64,000 nucleotides of DNA, from contig CAXXHA010000029.1 of NCBI GenBank assembly GCA_963662265.2, positions 128,001 to 192,000 on the forward strand, in the 5' to 3' direction. Shown here one piece after another: positions 30,442 to 41,144 of this stretch (positions are counted from its first letter, which is position 1; every line of letters starts with the position of its first letter). The notes beneath the pieces are model-generated. The model did not search any database. It saw nothing but the letters and a program-made list of their open reading frames with translations, and was not told the DNA's origin. The position numbers were made by a program, and so were the translations under genes. The DNA comes from Spirochaetia bacterium. GTDB lineage: Bacteria > Spirochaetota > Spirochaetia > CADAEX01.

Positions 30442-31220
30442 TTAATGATTATCAAGTGAACCGATAGGTATTATATGACGCATTGAGCCGTCATTTATAA
30501 TCTTAGCTTCAACACTGTAAACCTCCCTGATCATCTCCGGAGTCAGACTACTGTATCAGGTTCTCCTGATGTGTAAACAGTGCCATCTTTAAGGACTACA
30601 ACATTGTCAGCGTAACGTGAAGCAAGTGAAAGGGAATGAATCGCAACAAGTGTCGTTATCCCCTTATCCTTTGTAACAGCTGAAATCTGTTCAATGATTC
30701 TGAGTTCATTCCTGAGATCAAGACTGCTGGTCGGTTCATCTAGAAGCAGTACTTCAGGAGAGTTGACCAGAGCCTGGGCTATTGAGACAAGCTGTTTCTG
30801 CCCTCCGCTCAATTCATTGATATAACGGGTTGCAAGATGATCAATATTGAGAAGCTTCAGGACTTTCATGACTTTTTCAAGTTCATCATCTCCTACCCGA
30901 AGGGTAAGGTTCTTCAGAAGCCCGAGAAGGACAGCTTCAAATACAGAAATCTGAGCTTTGAATGATGTGTCCTGGGGGAGGTAGCTTATATGTCTGTACA
31001 GATCCCTGCTTTTGACAGATCCACTGTTTCTACTGTGAAATAAGATATTTCCATGTGCTTTTTCAATCCCTGCTATGCACTTAAGAAGCGTGGATTTCCC
31101 TGCAGCATTTGGGCCTATGAGAGCTGTAAGCCTGCCGGGTGGTATATCGAGTGATATATTTCTGAGTACAGGTTTCGATCTGCTGTAAGAAAACTCAAGA
31201 TTTTCAATTGCAACTCTCAC
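30442..31220 (-). CDS. Metal-chelate (FecE/BtuD-like) ABC ATPase, frameshifted near 30545
   Basis: GPNAAGKS, LSGGQKQ, LDEPTSSLD. GTG start overlaps the permease stop. Tail LTPEMIREVYSVEA lies in another frame. Confidence 0.85.
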
Positions 31221-32260
31221 CAGAAACTCCTTTTTGAACGGAGAAGGAGGAAAAGAAGAAAAGGTACTCCTATAAAAGAGGTGATGATTCCAATTGGAAA
31301 AATTGTCCCGGGGATCAATATCTTGCTGAGAATGGAAGAAACTGAAAGGAGGAAAGAACCGCAAAGGATAGATGCGGGGAGAAAGTATCTCTGTTCTTCA
31401 CCTACAAGCATTCTTGCTATGTGCGGGCCTGCAAGACCGACAAAACCTATAGTACCAACAAAGGCAACAACAGATCCTGTAAGTATTGATACAAGTACAA
31501 GAACCCTCAGTCTCAGTCTTTCTACATTTACCCCGAGGCTTTTTGCCTTTGTTTCTCCCAGTCTCAGGGAAGTAAGTTCCCATGCATCCCTGAAAAGGAT
31601 GGGTAATATAGCAAGAAAGATCAGAACTGTAAAGAGAAGTTTAGGCCATGTTGTTTTTGAAAGGCTTCCGAACATCCAGAAGACAATAGCCTGAAGTTCT
31701 TCCTCTGCCGCATAGTATTCAAGCACTGCCATTCCAGCATGAAAAAGGAAAAGAACAGCAATTCCCGCAAGTACCATTGTCTCTGAGCTGAACTTTTTTC
31801 TCCTGGCAAGAACTATGATAAGGATGCTTGTAAGAAGTGAGAAAAAGAAGGCATTCAGCGGGATCAGTAAAGTGGTACCGAGGGGAACTACTCCGACACC
31901 CAGGACTATGGCAAGAGCTGCCCCGAAGCCTGCAGCTGCTGATACACCCAGGGTGTAGGGGCTTGCAAGGGGGTTGTTCAGTATTGTCTGCATCTCAGCC
32001 CCTGCGGCTGAAAGGGATGCTCCGGTAATGAGTGCCATAAGGGCAATTGGAAGCCTGAGGTCCCATACTATGAACCTTGTTACCTTTTCAACCGATGAGG
32101 GGATAAAAACTGATCTGAAGATATCAGTCAGTGAGAGCCTTGCGGGTCCCACCGATATATCAAGGAGAAAAAGCAGGAAAGTGGCAGAAGACAGAGCAAT
32201 AATAATTGATATTTTTCTGCCTGTTATATGCTCATATATATGTCTGGAAGATGATTTCAA
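31217..32260 (-). CDS. FecCD/BtuC-family ABC permease
   Basis: LRLP, NPLASPYTLGVSAAA, IGFVGL..PH motifs. Confidence 0.93.
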   Translation of the reverse strand: MKSSSRHIYEHITGRKISIIIALSSATFLLFLLDISVGPARLSLTDIFRSVFIPSSVEKVTRFIVWDLRLPIALMALITGASLSAAGAEMQTILNNPLASPYTLGVSAAAGFGAALAIVLGVGVVPLGTTLLIPLNAFFFSLLTSILIIVLARRKKFSSETMVLAGIAVLFLFHAGMAVLEYYAAEEELQAIVFWMFGSLSKTTWPKLLFTVLIFLAILPILFRDAWELTSLRLGETKAKSLGVNVERLRLRVLVLVSILTGSVVAFVGTIGFVGLAGPHIARMLVGEEQRYFLPASILCGSFLLSVSSILSKILIPGTIFPIGIITSFIGVPFLLFLLLRSKRSFW

Positions 32261-32296
32261 TCCTGATTTTCTCCTTTTTCTAAGATTTGAGACTGC

Positions 32297-33470
32297 CTAT
32301 TCTGACAGAGATTTCATCCATACACCGCTGTATGGTATGGGGCTGAAGTTTTCGTGAAAAGCCCTGAAATTTGACTCAGGATCGATATCTGAGAAAAGAT
32401 CGGGATAGAGCCAGCATGCAACAGATTGTATACCTGCGAAATTATAGATCCTGAAGGAAAAACCATGAAATATACTGTGAACCTGCCTGTTTTTTACTGC
32501 GGTAAGCATGTCCCAGCCGTCTCGGCGGGTAAAGTTTTCAAGTGATTTTTTTGAAATATCATCTGTGGCATGATAGCCGAGCCGCATGGAAGACTCATTT
32601 GCAGGCCAGTAGGAGCCGCTTATTATAATGATGTCAGGATCTGTATCAAGAAGATATTCCGGGTTTACAGGGCTGCTCCCTTTAATAACACCATCTGCAA
32701 TATTTACCCCTCCTGCTTTGGCAATTAGTGCACCAAGCCCCTGCTCAGATGAGTAGGTGTTTGCATATGTATCAGGTCCCTTTGAACCGACTTCGATATA
32801 GGCGCTTCTCTTTTCACCGTCAAATGATGCGAGACGGCTGGATACTATGTTTACCTGGTCAGTGTAAAAGTCAGTCACTTTTTTTGCCCTTTCTTCCCTG
32901 CCTAATAGTTTACCGATAAGGGTTGTGCTGGGTACGGGATGGTTGAAAGGATCAAGATAATAGTCAAGGAAAATACTCTTGATACCCACATTCTCAAGCC
33001 GCCTGATATCTTCGCTTACCCCCTTCTGAATCCTTGAGCCAGAGAGGAAAGACTACCACATCAGGCTGCAGGCTGATGACAGTTTCAACGCTGAAGTCTC
33101 CCTTGTAATGATGACCCACAACAGGTATGTCAGTAACCTTGGGGTATACTTTTTTATAGGCAAGAAATGTGTCCTGGTCATAAAGATTGAGATCAGAACC
33201 CCATCCTGCAATACTGTCGAGAACTTCAGCGCCCCCGACTGCTGCGAATTCATGCAGGTATCTTGACGATGCCAGTATAATCCTGTCTGCCGGAAGTGAT
33301 AATGATACTTCTCTGCCTGCCATGTCGGTGACTGTTGTCATTTCAGGAGCTTTGTCTGATCCTTTTTCTTCATTACCTCCTGCAAGGCAGTTTACTGCCG
33401 GAAGAAAGGCGATCAGTGCAAGAATTATGACTGCCTTTGTGATTGATTTTTTAAGTGTTTTTGTTTGCAT
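32297..33470 (-). CDS. Metal-chelate ABC substrate-binding protein (BtuF/FepB-like), one frameshift in the C5 run at 33019-33023
   Basis: Signal peptide; TVTDMAGREV, SVETVISLQPDVV, EYLLDTDPDII and AVKNRQV across two adjacent ORFs. Confidence 0.85.
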
Positions 33471-34224
33471 GTTCCTTTTTAATTTTTCTCCCTTTTATTA
33501 AAAATGTTGCCGGCTGAAGTGCCAACCTGTAAAGAAGGCGCATATTTTTCGCCCTTATTTTCCTGATTTCTGTCAAAGTTTCTGTTGAAATATTCTCAAG
33601 TCCCGCGTATTCAAATAGATTGCCGGCCTCTTCAGGAGCAACTCCGGTCGAAAAGGGGAGGCTTTCGTTTATGTGAAGATCATAACCAAGATTGTTGGGA
33701 TTGTTTTTTTCATAGATGAAGATTGCAGCCTTTCTGCACAGTTTTTTCAGCTTTCCTTTGAGAGATAAATAATTCCATTGACCGTCTATACATATTATTG
33801 AACCCCCGTTCCTGAGAACCCGGGACCAGTGGGTAATTGCTTTCTCAGGGTTTGGAAGAGTCCACAGAAGCCATCGGCAGACAACACAGTCAAAAGATTC
33901 TGACGGGAATGGCAGTTCTTCGGCATCACCTATGTGGAAATCTATATCCAGGTTGCTTTCAACAGCTTTGCTGCGGGCTTTTTCCAGCATCCCTTCTGTA
34001 ATATCCATGGCTGTTAAACGGTGTCCCATTTCAGCCAGGGAAAGTGATACAAAGCCTGTACCTGCACCGATGTCGAGAATATCAAGATTTTCTCCATGCA
34101 GGTGGTTTCCGAATAAAGACTGATAAGCTTTTTTTTCTTCTGCTTCTTCACGCGGGGCAGGGAACCTGTCATATGTATCGCTTCGTTTATTCCAGTATTT
34201 AATGATATCACTTTTAACTTTCAT
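33451..34224 (-). CDS. Class I SAM-dependent methyltransferase
   Basis: ILDIGAGTG, GDAEELPF...FDCVVCR..LWTLP, RVLRNGG. Confidence 0.92.
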   Translation of the reverse strand: MKVKSDIIKYWNKRSDTYDRFPAPREEAEEKKAYQSLFGNHLHGENLDILDIGAGTGFVSLSLAEMGHRLTAMDITEGMLEKARSKAVESNLDIDFHIGDAEELPFPSESFDCVVCRWLLWTLPNPEKAITHWSRVLRNGGSIICIDGQWNYLSLKGKLKKLCRKAAIFIYEKNNPNNLGYDLHINESLPFSTGVAPEEAGNLFEYAGLENISTETLTEIRKIRAKNMRLLYRLALQPATFLIKGRKIKKEHANKNT

Positions 34225-34297
34225 GAATATTATCCGTATAAAAATATGAATATTGCACCTGAGAATCAGATGAAGAAATATTTATTGAAACAGCTGC

Positions 34298-34711
34298 TTA
34301 ATCTTTCCCCATACATTTGCCGCAATATCCCTCAATAACAATGTGATGAAAATGGGGATGAAAATCATGTGTTTTAACCAGGCTGTCCTTCAGGTTTTCG
34401 AATAGTTTTTCATCGCATTCTATGATTGTTCTGCATTTTTTGCAGATGAGGTGGCAGTGGTGGTGGATTTCGGCGTGATGGTAGACTGTATGGTTATCTA
34501 CCTCGCTTTTAAAGACGCAGCCGGCCTTTTCCAGAAGATCAAGATTCCTGTATATTGTCGACTTGTTGACTTCAGGCAATTTCTCCTGTACCGCGGAGAT
34601 AATTGTTTCTGCTGTCAGTTCGTGACTGGAATCATGAATAGCATCGACTATTATTCTTCTCTGGGGTGTGAGGCGGAGTCCTTTTTCTTTAAGTATACTA
34701 ATGCAACTCAT
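34298..34711 (-). CDS. Fur-family metalloregulator (His-rich, Zur/Nur-like)
   Basis: GLRLTPQR, STIYRNL, HHHCHLICKKC, GYCGKC. Start placed at ATG 34711, downstream of the promoter. Confidence 0.92.
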   Translation of the reverse strand: MSCISILKEKGLRLTPQRRIIVDAIHDSSHELTAETIISAVQEKLPEVNKSTIYRNLDLLEKAGCVFKSEVDNHTVYHHAEIHHHCHLICKKCRTIIECDEKLFENLKDSLVKTHDFHPHFHHIVIEGYCGKCMGKD

Positions 34712-34715
34712 ATCA

Positions 34716-34760
34716 AATGCAACCAGTTGCAATTGTAGGACTCAGAATAAGTTATGTCAA
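34716..34760 (-). promoter_or_regulatory. Sigma70 promoter with an overlapping palindromic operator candidate
   Basis: TTGACA (34760-34755), 17-bp spacer, TACAAT (34737-34732). Palindrome TGCAAC-TG-GTTGCA directly follows the -10. Confidence 0.7.
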
Positions 34761-34914
34761 CCGAAATTGAATAATTTAATAATTGTTTATAAAGGATGAG
34801 CTGGTTTTATAAACTGATAAGAGTGTATTTTAAAATAAACTGAATATAACATTACTGCAGGATAGAATCATCCTGCAGCAATGTTTTCATAACTGGTTTA
34901 TTGACAGGGAATTA

Positions 34915-37826
34915 TCAGATGAGTTCATTTTTTCCATTCATAATATTGTTTATGACTCTTATTACTTCTGGGTCAAACTGGCTGCCGCTTCCCTTGTTAA
35001 GCTCTTCCATTGCAGTCTCGTGGGAAAGCCCTTTCCTGTACGGCCTGTCGCTTGTCATTGCATCATAGGCATCTGCCGCAGAAATTATTCTTGCTTCAAG
35101 AGGGATCTGGCTTCCTTTCAGGCCGTCCGGATATCCTGATCCGTCATAGTTTTCATGATGATATCTTGCACCCAGGGACATCCTTTTTAATGATATCGTA
35201 TCAGCCATGATTTTTGATCCGATTACGGGATGCTGCTGCATAATATCAAGTTCATCTGAGTCAAGTGGGCCGTCTTTCCTGATAATTGTGTCTGCTATGC
35301 CTATCTTTCCTATATCATGAAGAAGAGCCATGTATTCAAGGTTTTCAATCTTTTCACTTCCCATCTTCATTGCTTTTCCGATTCTGCTTGAAAGATCTTT
35401 AACCCTGCTGACATGTCCATGAGTATATGGATCTTTCGCTTCTACAGCTCCTGCAAGGGATGTTATTGCATCCATATAAACCTGGTGCAGCTCACGTCTC
35501 TTCTTCACCTGGAGACTGTGAAGAAAAAGAAATACTGCCAGCATGACAATGAAAAGAAAAACTGTTACAAGAAGATAAAAGAGGGGGCTGTTGTAGAAAT
35601 AATCCTTTTTCCTGAAGCTGTATGCCAGGATAGGATCTGACCAGTAGCCGTCATTGTTGCTTACCTTGAGGTAGAAATTATAATTTCCGGCCGGCAGATT
35701 AGTATAGCTTGTCTTTCTCTGGCGTGTTTCTTCAGACCATTTATCATCAAAACCTTCAAGATAGTATCTGAAACCGGTTTTTTTCAGGGACAACATAACT
35801 GAACCCGGTGTAATCAATATCAATCCTTTTGACTTCTGCTTCAATTATTTCCGGAAACAGATCAGGAGTTTTATTGTCAAGTTTAATTTCCTCTACAAGA
35901 GCATTTGATTTTACAGTATTAATATTTGAAATCCCGGGATCATATACAGAAATACCCCTGCTTGTGGGAAACCATATACTTCCTTCAGCATCCTTGTAAT
36001 ACCATGAAACCGGTGTTATCCCGGCAAGAAGGCCGTCTGTTGTATCATAGCGTTTAAACTCGATTGGTGTATTATGAAAAAGATAGGTGTAGAGAATACT
36101 CTTTTTTACAGTCTGAAGACCGCTGTTCAGGGCAAACCATACATTGTCATTGCTGTCAAAAACTGTAAAAAAAAACAGCGTTGGAATCAAGCCCGTTTCT
36201 TTCTGATATATGATATATCTCTTCTCCAAACCATATAGAAACACCTTTGTTTGTACATATCCAGGTATTTCCTTCAGCATCTTCTGTAATTCTGAATACA
36301 ATATCGCCTGCAATTCTGCCGCTGTCAGAAGTGACAACTTCTATTTTGCCGCTTTTTGTATCCAGGATATTGATGCCTCCTCCGTCTGTGCCTATCAGAA
36401 TGCTGCCGTCCCTGTTTTCATGAAGAGAAAGGATATAGTCATTGCTTAAACCGTTATTTACAGTGTAAATATTTTCAATTTCAAATGTTTCAGGGTTTAT
36501 TTTATTAAGCCCCGATCTTGTGCCGCTCCATATGTAGCTGTCGGAACTCTCAATCACTGTTCTTGTCTTGTTGAATGAAAGTCCGTTGTCACTGTTCAGA
36601 CTCCTGATAATTCTCCCTTTATCAGCTACAATAAGACCGGAACTGCTGTATGTTGATATCCACAGACGTGACTTGCTGTCTTTATATATATTCCTGATTC
36701 TTGTCCCTTTGAGGGATTCTGTCAGGCTGTTTTCAATTATCCTGTCACCGGAAAGGTTATAAAGACCGTCATCAGTTCCCGCCATAAGTGAACTGCTGTC
36801 ATACCTGATTATTGTGTTAACTGCTTTCTCAAGTCCGTATGAATTTGAATAGTTTGTGAATTTTCCCATGCTGTATTTCTGCATTCCGGATACATCGGAT
36901 ATTACCCATAAATTATCTTCACGGTCCTGAAAAAGTGAATTGACAGAGTTGTTTATAAGGCCGTTTTCCTCGTTGATAATTCTGAAACTACCGTAGGATT
37001 CATCAAAGTATCCTATTCCCCCTTCAGACCAGAACCATATCTTACTGTCAGAAGTTTCCAGAAAGCCTTTGATTGAAAAAACATTCTCCATCCTGAATTC
37101 TCTGATATTGTTTTCCTTCTCAAGAATTACAGAACCTGAGACAGTGCCAAACCAGTTTCTGTTTGAGGAATCTGAAAATACCGATGTGTACTGTTCAGAA
37201 CTTTTGCTTACCGGAGGGGAATATTCAGCAAAACTGCTTCCTGTGTAGCTGTATAATTTGCCCTCATTTGTTACAGCGGTAAGTATTCCCCTGTTGTCAA
37301 GGTAGAGGGAAGTGATAATCTTGCTTTCAAGAAATATCTTCTTTTCAGGGGAATCAAAACCTGCAGCAGGGACAAACAGAAGGCCTCCTGCTGTGCCTAC
37401 CCATAAGTTGCCGTTCCTGTCAAACGAAAGCGATCTTACCGAAAGGTCGGGCAGGCCGGATTCTGTACCGTAAACGATGAATTTATAATTATCCATCAGT
37501 ATCAGACCATCGCTGTTTGTGCCGATCCAGAGTTTTGTGTCACTGCCTTTTAATAAAACCCTTGCAGTATCAGATGGGTATCCGCCCCTGTTATTCTTAA
37601 AAATTTTAAAATCCACTCCGTCAAAGCGGATTAAACCTTCATAACTGGCTATCCAGATGTAGCCGTTGAAATCCTGTTCTATATCAAGAGCATTGTTTGC
37701 GGGGAAATCATTGTTGTATTTCCAGTATGTTGATGTCATGTTGCAGAGCCAATCTTCTGAAAACAGGTTTAAAGGAAGCAATAGTAATAGAAGGAATATA
37801 TGATATTTACGGTTTATGAAAAACAT
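34915..37826 (-). CDS. Beta-propeller + Y_Y_Y + TM + HD-GYP phosphodiesterase, with two homopolymer frameshifts
   Basis: Repeated D..G.LW.GT propeller blades; YTNLPAGNYNF; EAKDPYTHGH, LHDIGK, HHENYDGSGYP. Shifts at the A9 run (36167-36175) and the T7 run (35778-35784). Confidence 0.85.
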
Positions 37827-37879
37827 GTAAAACCCCTGAAAAAAATCCTGCACATTATGTGCAGGATTGATTGAATAAG

Positions 37880-39283
37880 TTATTCATGAAGGAAAGACTC
37901 AATTATATTGAGACTGTCAGCAGATACACTGACAGTTCCCCTTTCATCTCTGAATACGGGAATACCGTTGCTGTAATAGACAATACTTATGTTATGATCT
38001 CCCGGGGGAAGAGTAAGGTCAGTTACACTTGCGCGCGCGGGAAAGTAGGGGCATATTCTGAGGTCTGCGTTTTCTGTTGCATCAACAGCAACATCGGCAG
38101 CAATTCCCATCAGTCCGCCAAGTATTCCGCTGTTCCTTGTTCCCATTTCGGTTTTTGCCTTTTCCTTGAGAATGTTTTTAACAACTGTCCTGATTATTGT
38201 TTTACCGATAACAAAAGGCTGTTTAAGAAGATATATTTCCTCGGAAATATTTTCCATATCTTCGATTCTTTCCAGTTCCCGTACAACTGTCCCGTCAATT
38301 TCGAGTTCTATCCTGTCAACAGCTGTTCCCATCAGGTGCATTTTCGGATACTGGAATTTAAAGTGGTAGCCCCCTTCAACTCCGGGCATATAGATATTGT
38401 CAAACCCGACAACATTCTTCACATAGTCAGTGTCCTGGCTTGTTGCTGCTATCCATACAACATCCTCTGTTGTATGAAGGTAAAATGTTTCTGCAAGCTT
38501 CCTGGGGGAGTTGCCTGTGAAAGCAACAACACTTAAGTATGCCTTGTCTTTTTCCTTTCTGAGTGCCGGAATTTCAGGCTGAGGGAAGCTGTAGAGGTGA
38601 CTCTGGAACTGAAAAGCCTTGTTTATCTCATCACCTTCAATACGTGCATCATCATAGCTTTTATCTGATCTGTACAGAAGGAGCCCGAGATACCTTGCAA
38701 GCACATCGTTATGGAAACGGTTTTTTCTTGCAATAATTTCACCTTCAGGATTATCGGATGAATTATAATCCTCAATCATTTCCCTGTATTTGTCTTCAAG
38801 TACATTGAGTTTTATATTTACTTTTCTTATTTCGACAAGAGCACTGTCTTTCTGCTGCATGGCTATGTAGTTGAGCGCTTTGAAGATATTTATATAAATA
38901 TCTTCATAATCCTCTCCGCTGTAGTCAAGCGTGTTGTCATTGATTACACCAGAAGCGATTGCTTTGGAAATGCTTTTTGTATAAAGCTCCTCAATTCCCT
39001 GTTCAGCCAGTGTAAGCGCTTCATTGCTTTTTTCATATTTTCCCGCGTAATGATAAAGCATCCCTGTATCAAGATAAAAAAGTACCCTGTCTTTTTCCTT
39101 GTAGCTGATATCTCTGTATCCCTCTATTACAGCTGCGGCAACTTCATAGTTTCTTGTTGCATAATGTTCAGCTGCATCCTGATACTGGTCCTGCTTTGTC
39201 ATTGTCGTGGCGCAGGATGAGAAAATTATCACTGCCGCGGCAGTGATAATATATTTGATTGTTTTTTTCATTAAATCAGCCAT
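37880..39283 (-). CDS. TPR-like lipoprotein (COG3014-like)
   Basis: Lipobox FSSC; Y.GEDYE and ENADLR motifs; directly downstream of an lpoB-like gene. Confidence 0.7.
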   Translation of the reverse strand: MADLMKKTIKYIITAAAVIIFSSCATTMTKQDQYQDAAEHYATRNYEVAAAVIEGYRDISYKEKDRVLFYLDTGMLYHYAGKYEKSNEALTLAEQGIEELYTKSISKAIASGVINDNTLDYSGEDYEDIYINIFKALNYIAMQQKDSALVEIRKVNIKLNVLEDKYREMIEDYNSSDNPEGEIIARKNRFHNDVLARYLGLLLYRSDKSYDDARIEGDEINKAFQFQSHLYSFPQPEIPALRKEKDKAYLSVVAFTGNSPRKLAETFYLHTTEDVVWIAATSQDTDYVKNVVGFDNIYMPGVEGGYHFKFQYPKMHLMGTAVDRIELEIDGTVVRELERIEDMENISEEIYLLKQPFVIGKTIIRTVVKNILKEKAKTEMGTRNSGILGGLMGIAADVAVDATENADLRICPYFPARASVTDLTLPPGDHNISIVYYSNGIPVFRDERGTVSVSADSLNIIESFLHE

Positions 39284-39293
39284 TTAAAGTATT

Positions 39294-39914
39294 TTACCAG
39301 CTTGTTTTTGATTTCTTGATAAACTTCTTGACTTCTTTTGATCCTATCCAGACCTTTTCATTGCTCTCAAGATTTATAATTTCCATATCAACCTGATAGA
39401 GAACTACTTTCTTGCCGTCTACTGCATCGGTAACAGAAGTGATCTGACCTATCATCATGAAATCAGCTCCTGTTTCCGCAACAAGATCCTTTACCGTCTC
39501 CATAGTTGCAAAAGTCTGCTGGTCTTTTCTCTCTTCCCTGATTTCATCTCTTTCTATCTTGCTTGCTACAAATTTTACTTTGCCGCTGTTAATGAGTTCT
39601 CTTTCAATATCTTTGACGAAAACACCTGTTTCTATATGTTCCGAACTTTTATTTCTTATTGTTCCTACAATAAGAACCGGTTTTTCGCCCCTTGCTGCTA
39701 TGTAATCTGTGAGCCATGGTCTTGAAAGAGAATCGGAAACCATTTCTTCGGCTACGAGACGTGAATCTGTATCATTCCATCTGCCGCTTAAGTCGATAAC
39801 TTCTTCAGAATCTGTACGCTTTACAGTTGTAGAAGCGCATGAAACTAATACCATAACTGTCAGAAGTACAACAGCTGCCAGTTTCGCTGCTGATGCTATT
39901 TTTTTAAATTCCAT
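39294..39914 (-). CDS. LpoB-family lipoprotein (PBP activator-like)
   Basis: Lipobox LVSC; DLSGRWNDTDSRLVAE, NKSSEHI, GADFM motifs. Confidence 0.85.
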   Translation of the reverse strand: MEFKKIASAAKLAAVVLLTVMVLVSCASTTVKRTDSEEVIDLSGRWNDTDSRLVAEEMVSDSLSRPWLTDYIAARGEKPVLIVGTIRNKSSEHIETGVFVKDIERELINSGKVKFVASKIERDEIREERKDQQTFATMETVKDLVAETGADFMMIGQITSVTDAVDGKKVVLYQVDMEIINLESNEKVWIGSKEVKKFIKKSKTSW

Positions 39915-40128
39915 AAAATATTCTCCTTAGAGTAGTATTGATTAACTTATATAAATTATTCCATAAATAGTACAGGATTACAACGAATATTGGATAATAT
40001 TATAAGCTGAAAAATAAAAAGATTTTATATTTGTTATTGTAAAACAGGGATATTATTATAAAACACGGCATAAGAACGAATTATTTGAATCGCCAATTGT
40101 ATTACCTCACAGGAGTATTATAGGAACA

Positions 40129-41061
40129 ATGAAAGTACTGATACTGAAAAAATATGGAAATACTGTTCATGAAATCATAAAGGAAAGTTTTCCTTCAGAA
40201 TGGGAGATTAGTATGTCTGATCCTGAAGGCTGGGATGATCTGATCGGTAAAGCAGATATTCTAATCCCCTCTCAGATGAAAGCCGGCAGGGAATTGCTTC
40301 AGAAAGCTGAAAAGCTCAAAGTCATTCAGACAGGCGCGGGTTACGATAACGTTGACCTTGAATACTGCAGGGAAAGGGGTATAAGGGTAATGAATGCACC
40401 TGCAATCAACTGCAGCGAGGTAGCAGAGCATACATTTGCCTTTATATTCCAGCGGTATAAGAAGATTATGGAACTTGATTCAGAAATCAGGAAAGATCTC
40501 TGGTCAAAAAAGAAAGTGGGGCGAGCATTATCAGACCTTTCAATAGGTATTGTCGGTTACGGAAACATAGGCAGAAGAGTTTCGGAAATTGCTTCTGTAT
40601 TTAATATGAAAGTTTATGTCTATTCAGCTTATTCTGAAAAGTGGTACAGAAAAAATATTCATTTCACTGATACACTAGATGAACTGCTTGCGGAATCTGA
40701 TATTGTGACTCTTCATACATCAGCAGGCAGGGAAAAGTATGATATGATTTCTGACAGGGAATTTTCTCTCATGAAAAAAGATGCTTTTCTTATCAATACG
40801 GCAAGAGGCGCTCTTGTCGATGAAGATGCCCTCTGCAGGGCGCTGGACAGCAGGAAGATTTCAGGTGCAGCTCTTGATGTTTTTAAAGAGGAACCTCTTC
40901 CTTCCGGCAGCAGGCTAAGGAATTACAGCAACATTATAATGACTCCCCACAATGCGGGGGAACCTGACCTTGATAAATCATACAGGAAGAGGTTTGAATT
41001 CTTCTGCAGAAATATAATCACAGAGCTTGAAGGGGGAGAGCCGGAAGGTGTAATTGTGTAA
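40129..41061 (+). CDS. D-2-hydroxyacid dehydrogenase (SerA-like)
   Basis: GAGYDNVD, GIVGYGNIG, INTARG, DVFKEEP, TPHNAG. Confidence 0.92.
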   Translation: MKVLILKKYGNTVHEIIKESFPSEWEISMSDPEGWDDLIGKADILIPSQMKAGRELLQKAEKLKVIQTGAGYDNVDLEYCRERGIRVMNAPAINCSEVAEHTFAFIFQRYKKIMELDSEIRKDLWSKKKVGRALSDLSIGIVGYGNIGRRVSEIASVFNMKVYVYSAYSEKWYRKNIHFTDTLDELLAESDIVTLHTSAGREKYDMISDREFSLMKKDAFLINTARGALVDEDALCRALDSRKISGAALDVFKEEPLPSGSRLRNYSNIIMTPHNAGEPDLDKSYRKRFEFFCRNIITELEGGEPEGVIV

Positions 41062-41144
41062 AATATCCTGGCCGGAATATTATTCCAGAAGCGGGGGAAA
41101 TGCTGACTGAGAAAAGCTTAAGCTGCCTGAAAGTTTCAAATAAA

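Noticed and set aside
36167-36175. Phase variation or programmed frameshift at the A9 run
   Set aside because: It is one of many single-base homopolymer insertions in the same stretch, so sequencing error is more parsimonious.
37871-38536. 221-aa plus-strand ORF, and many similar 60-160 aa ORFs in the track
   Set aside because: Antisense or out-of-frame shadows of well-supported genes, with no recognisable motifs.
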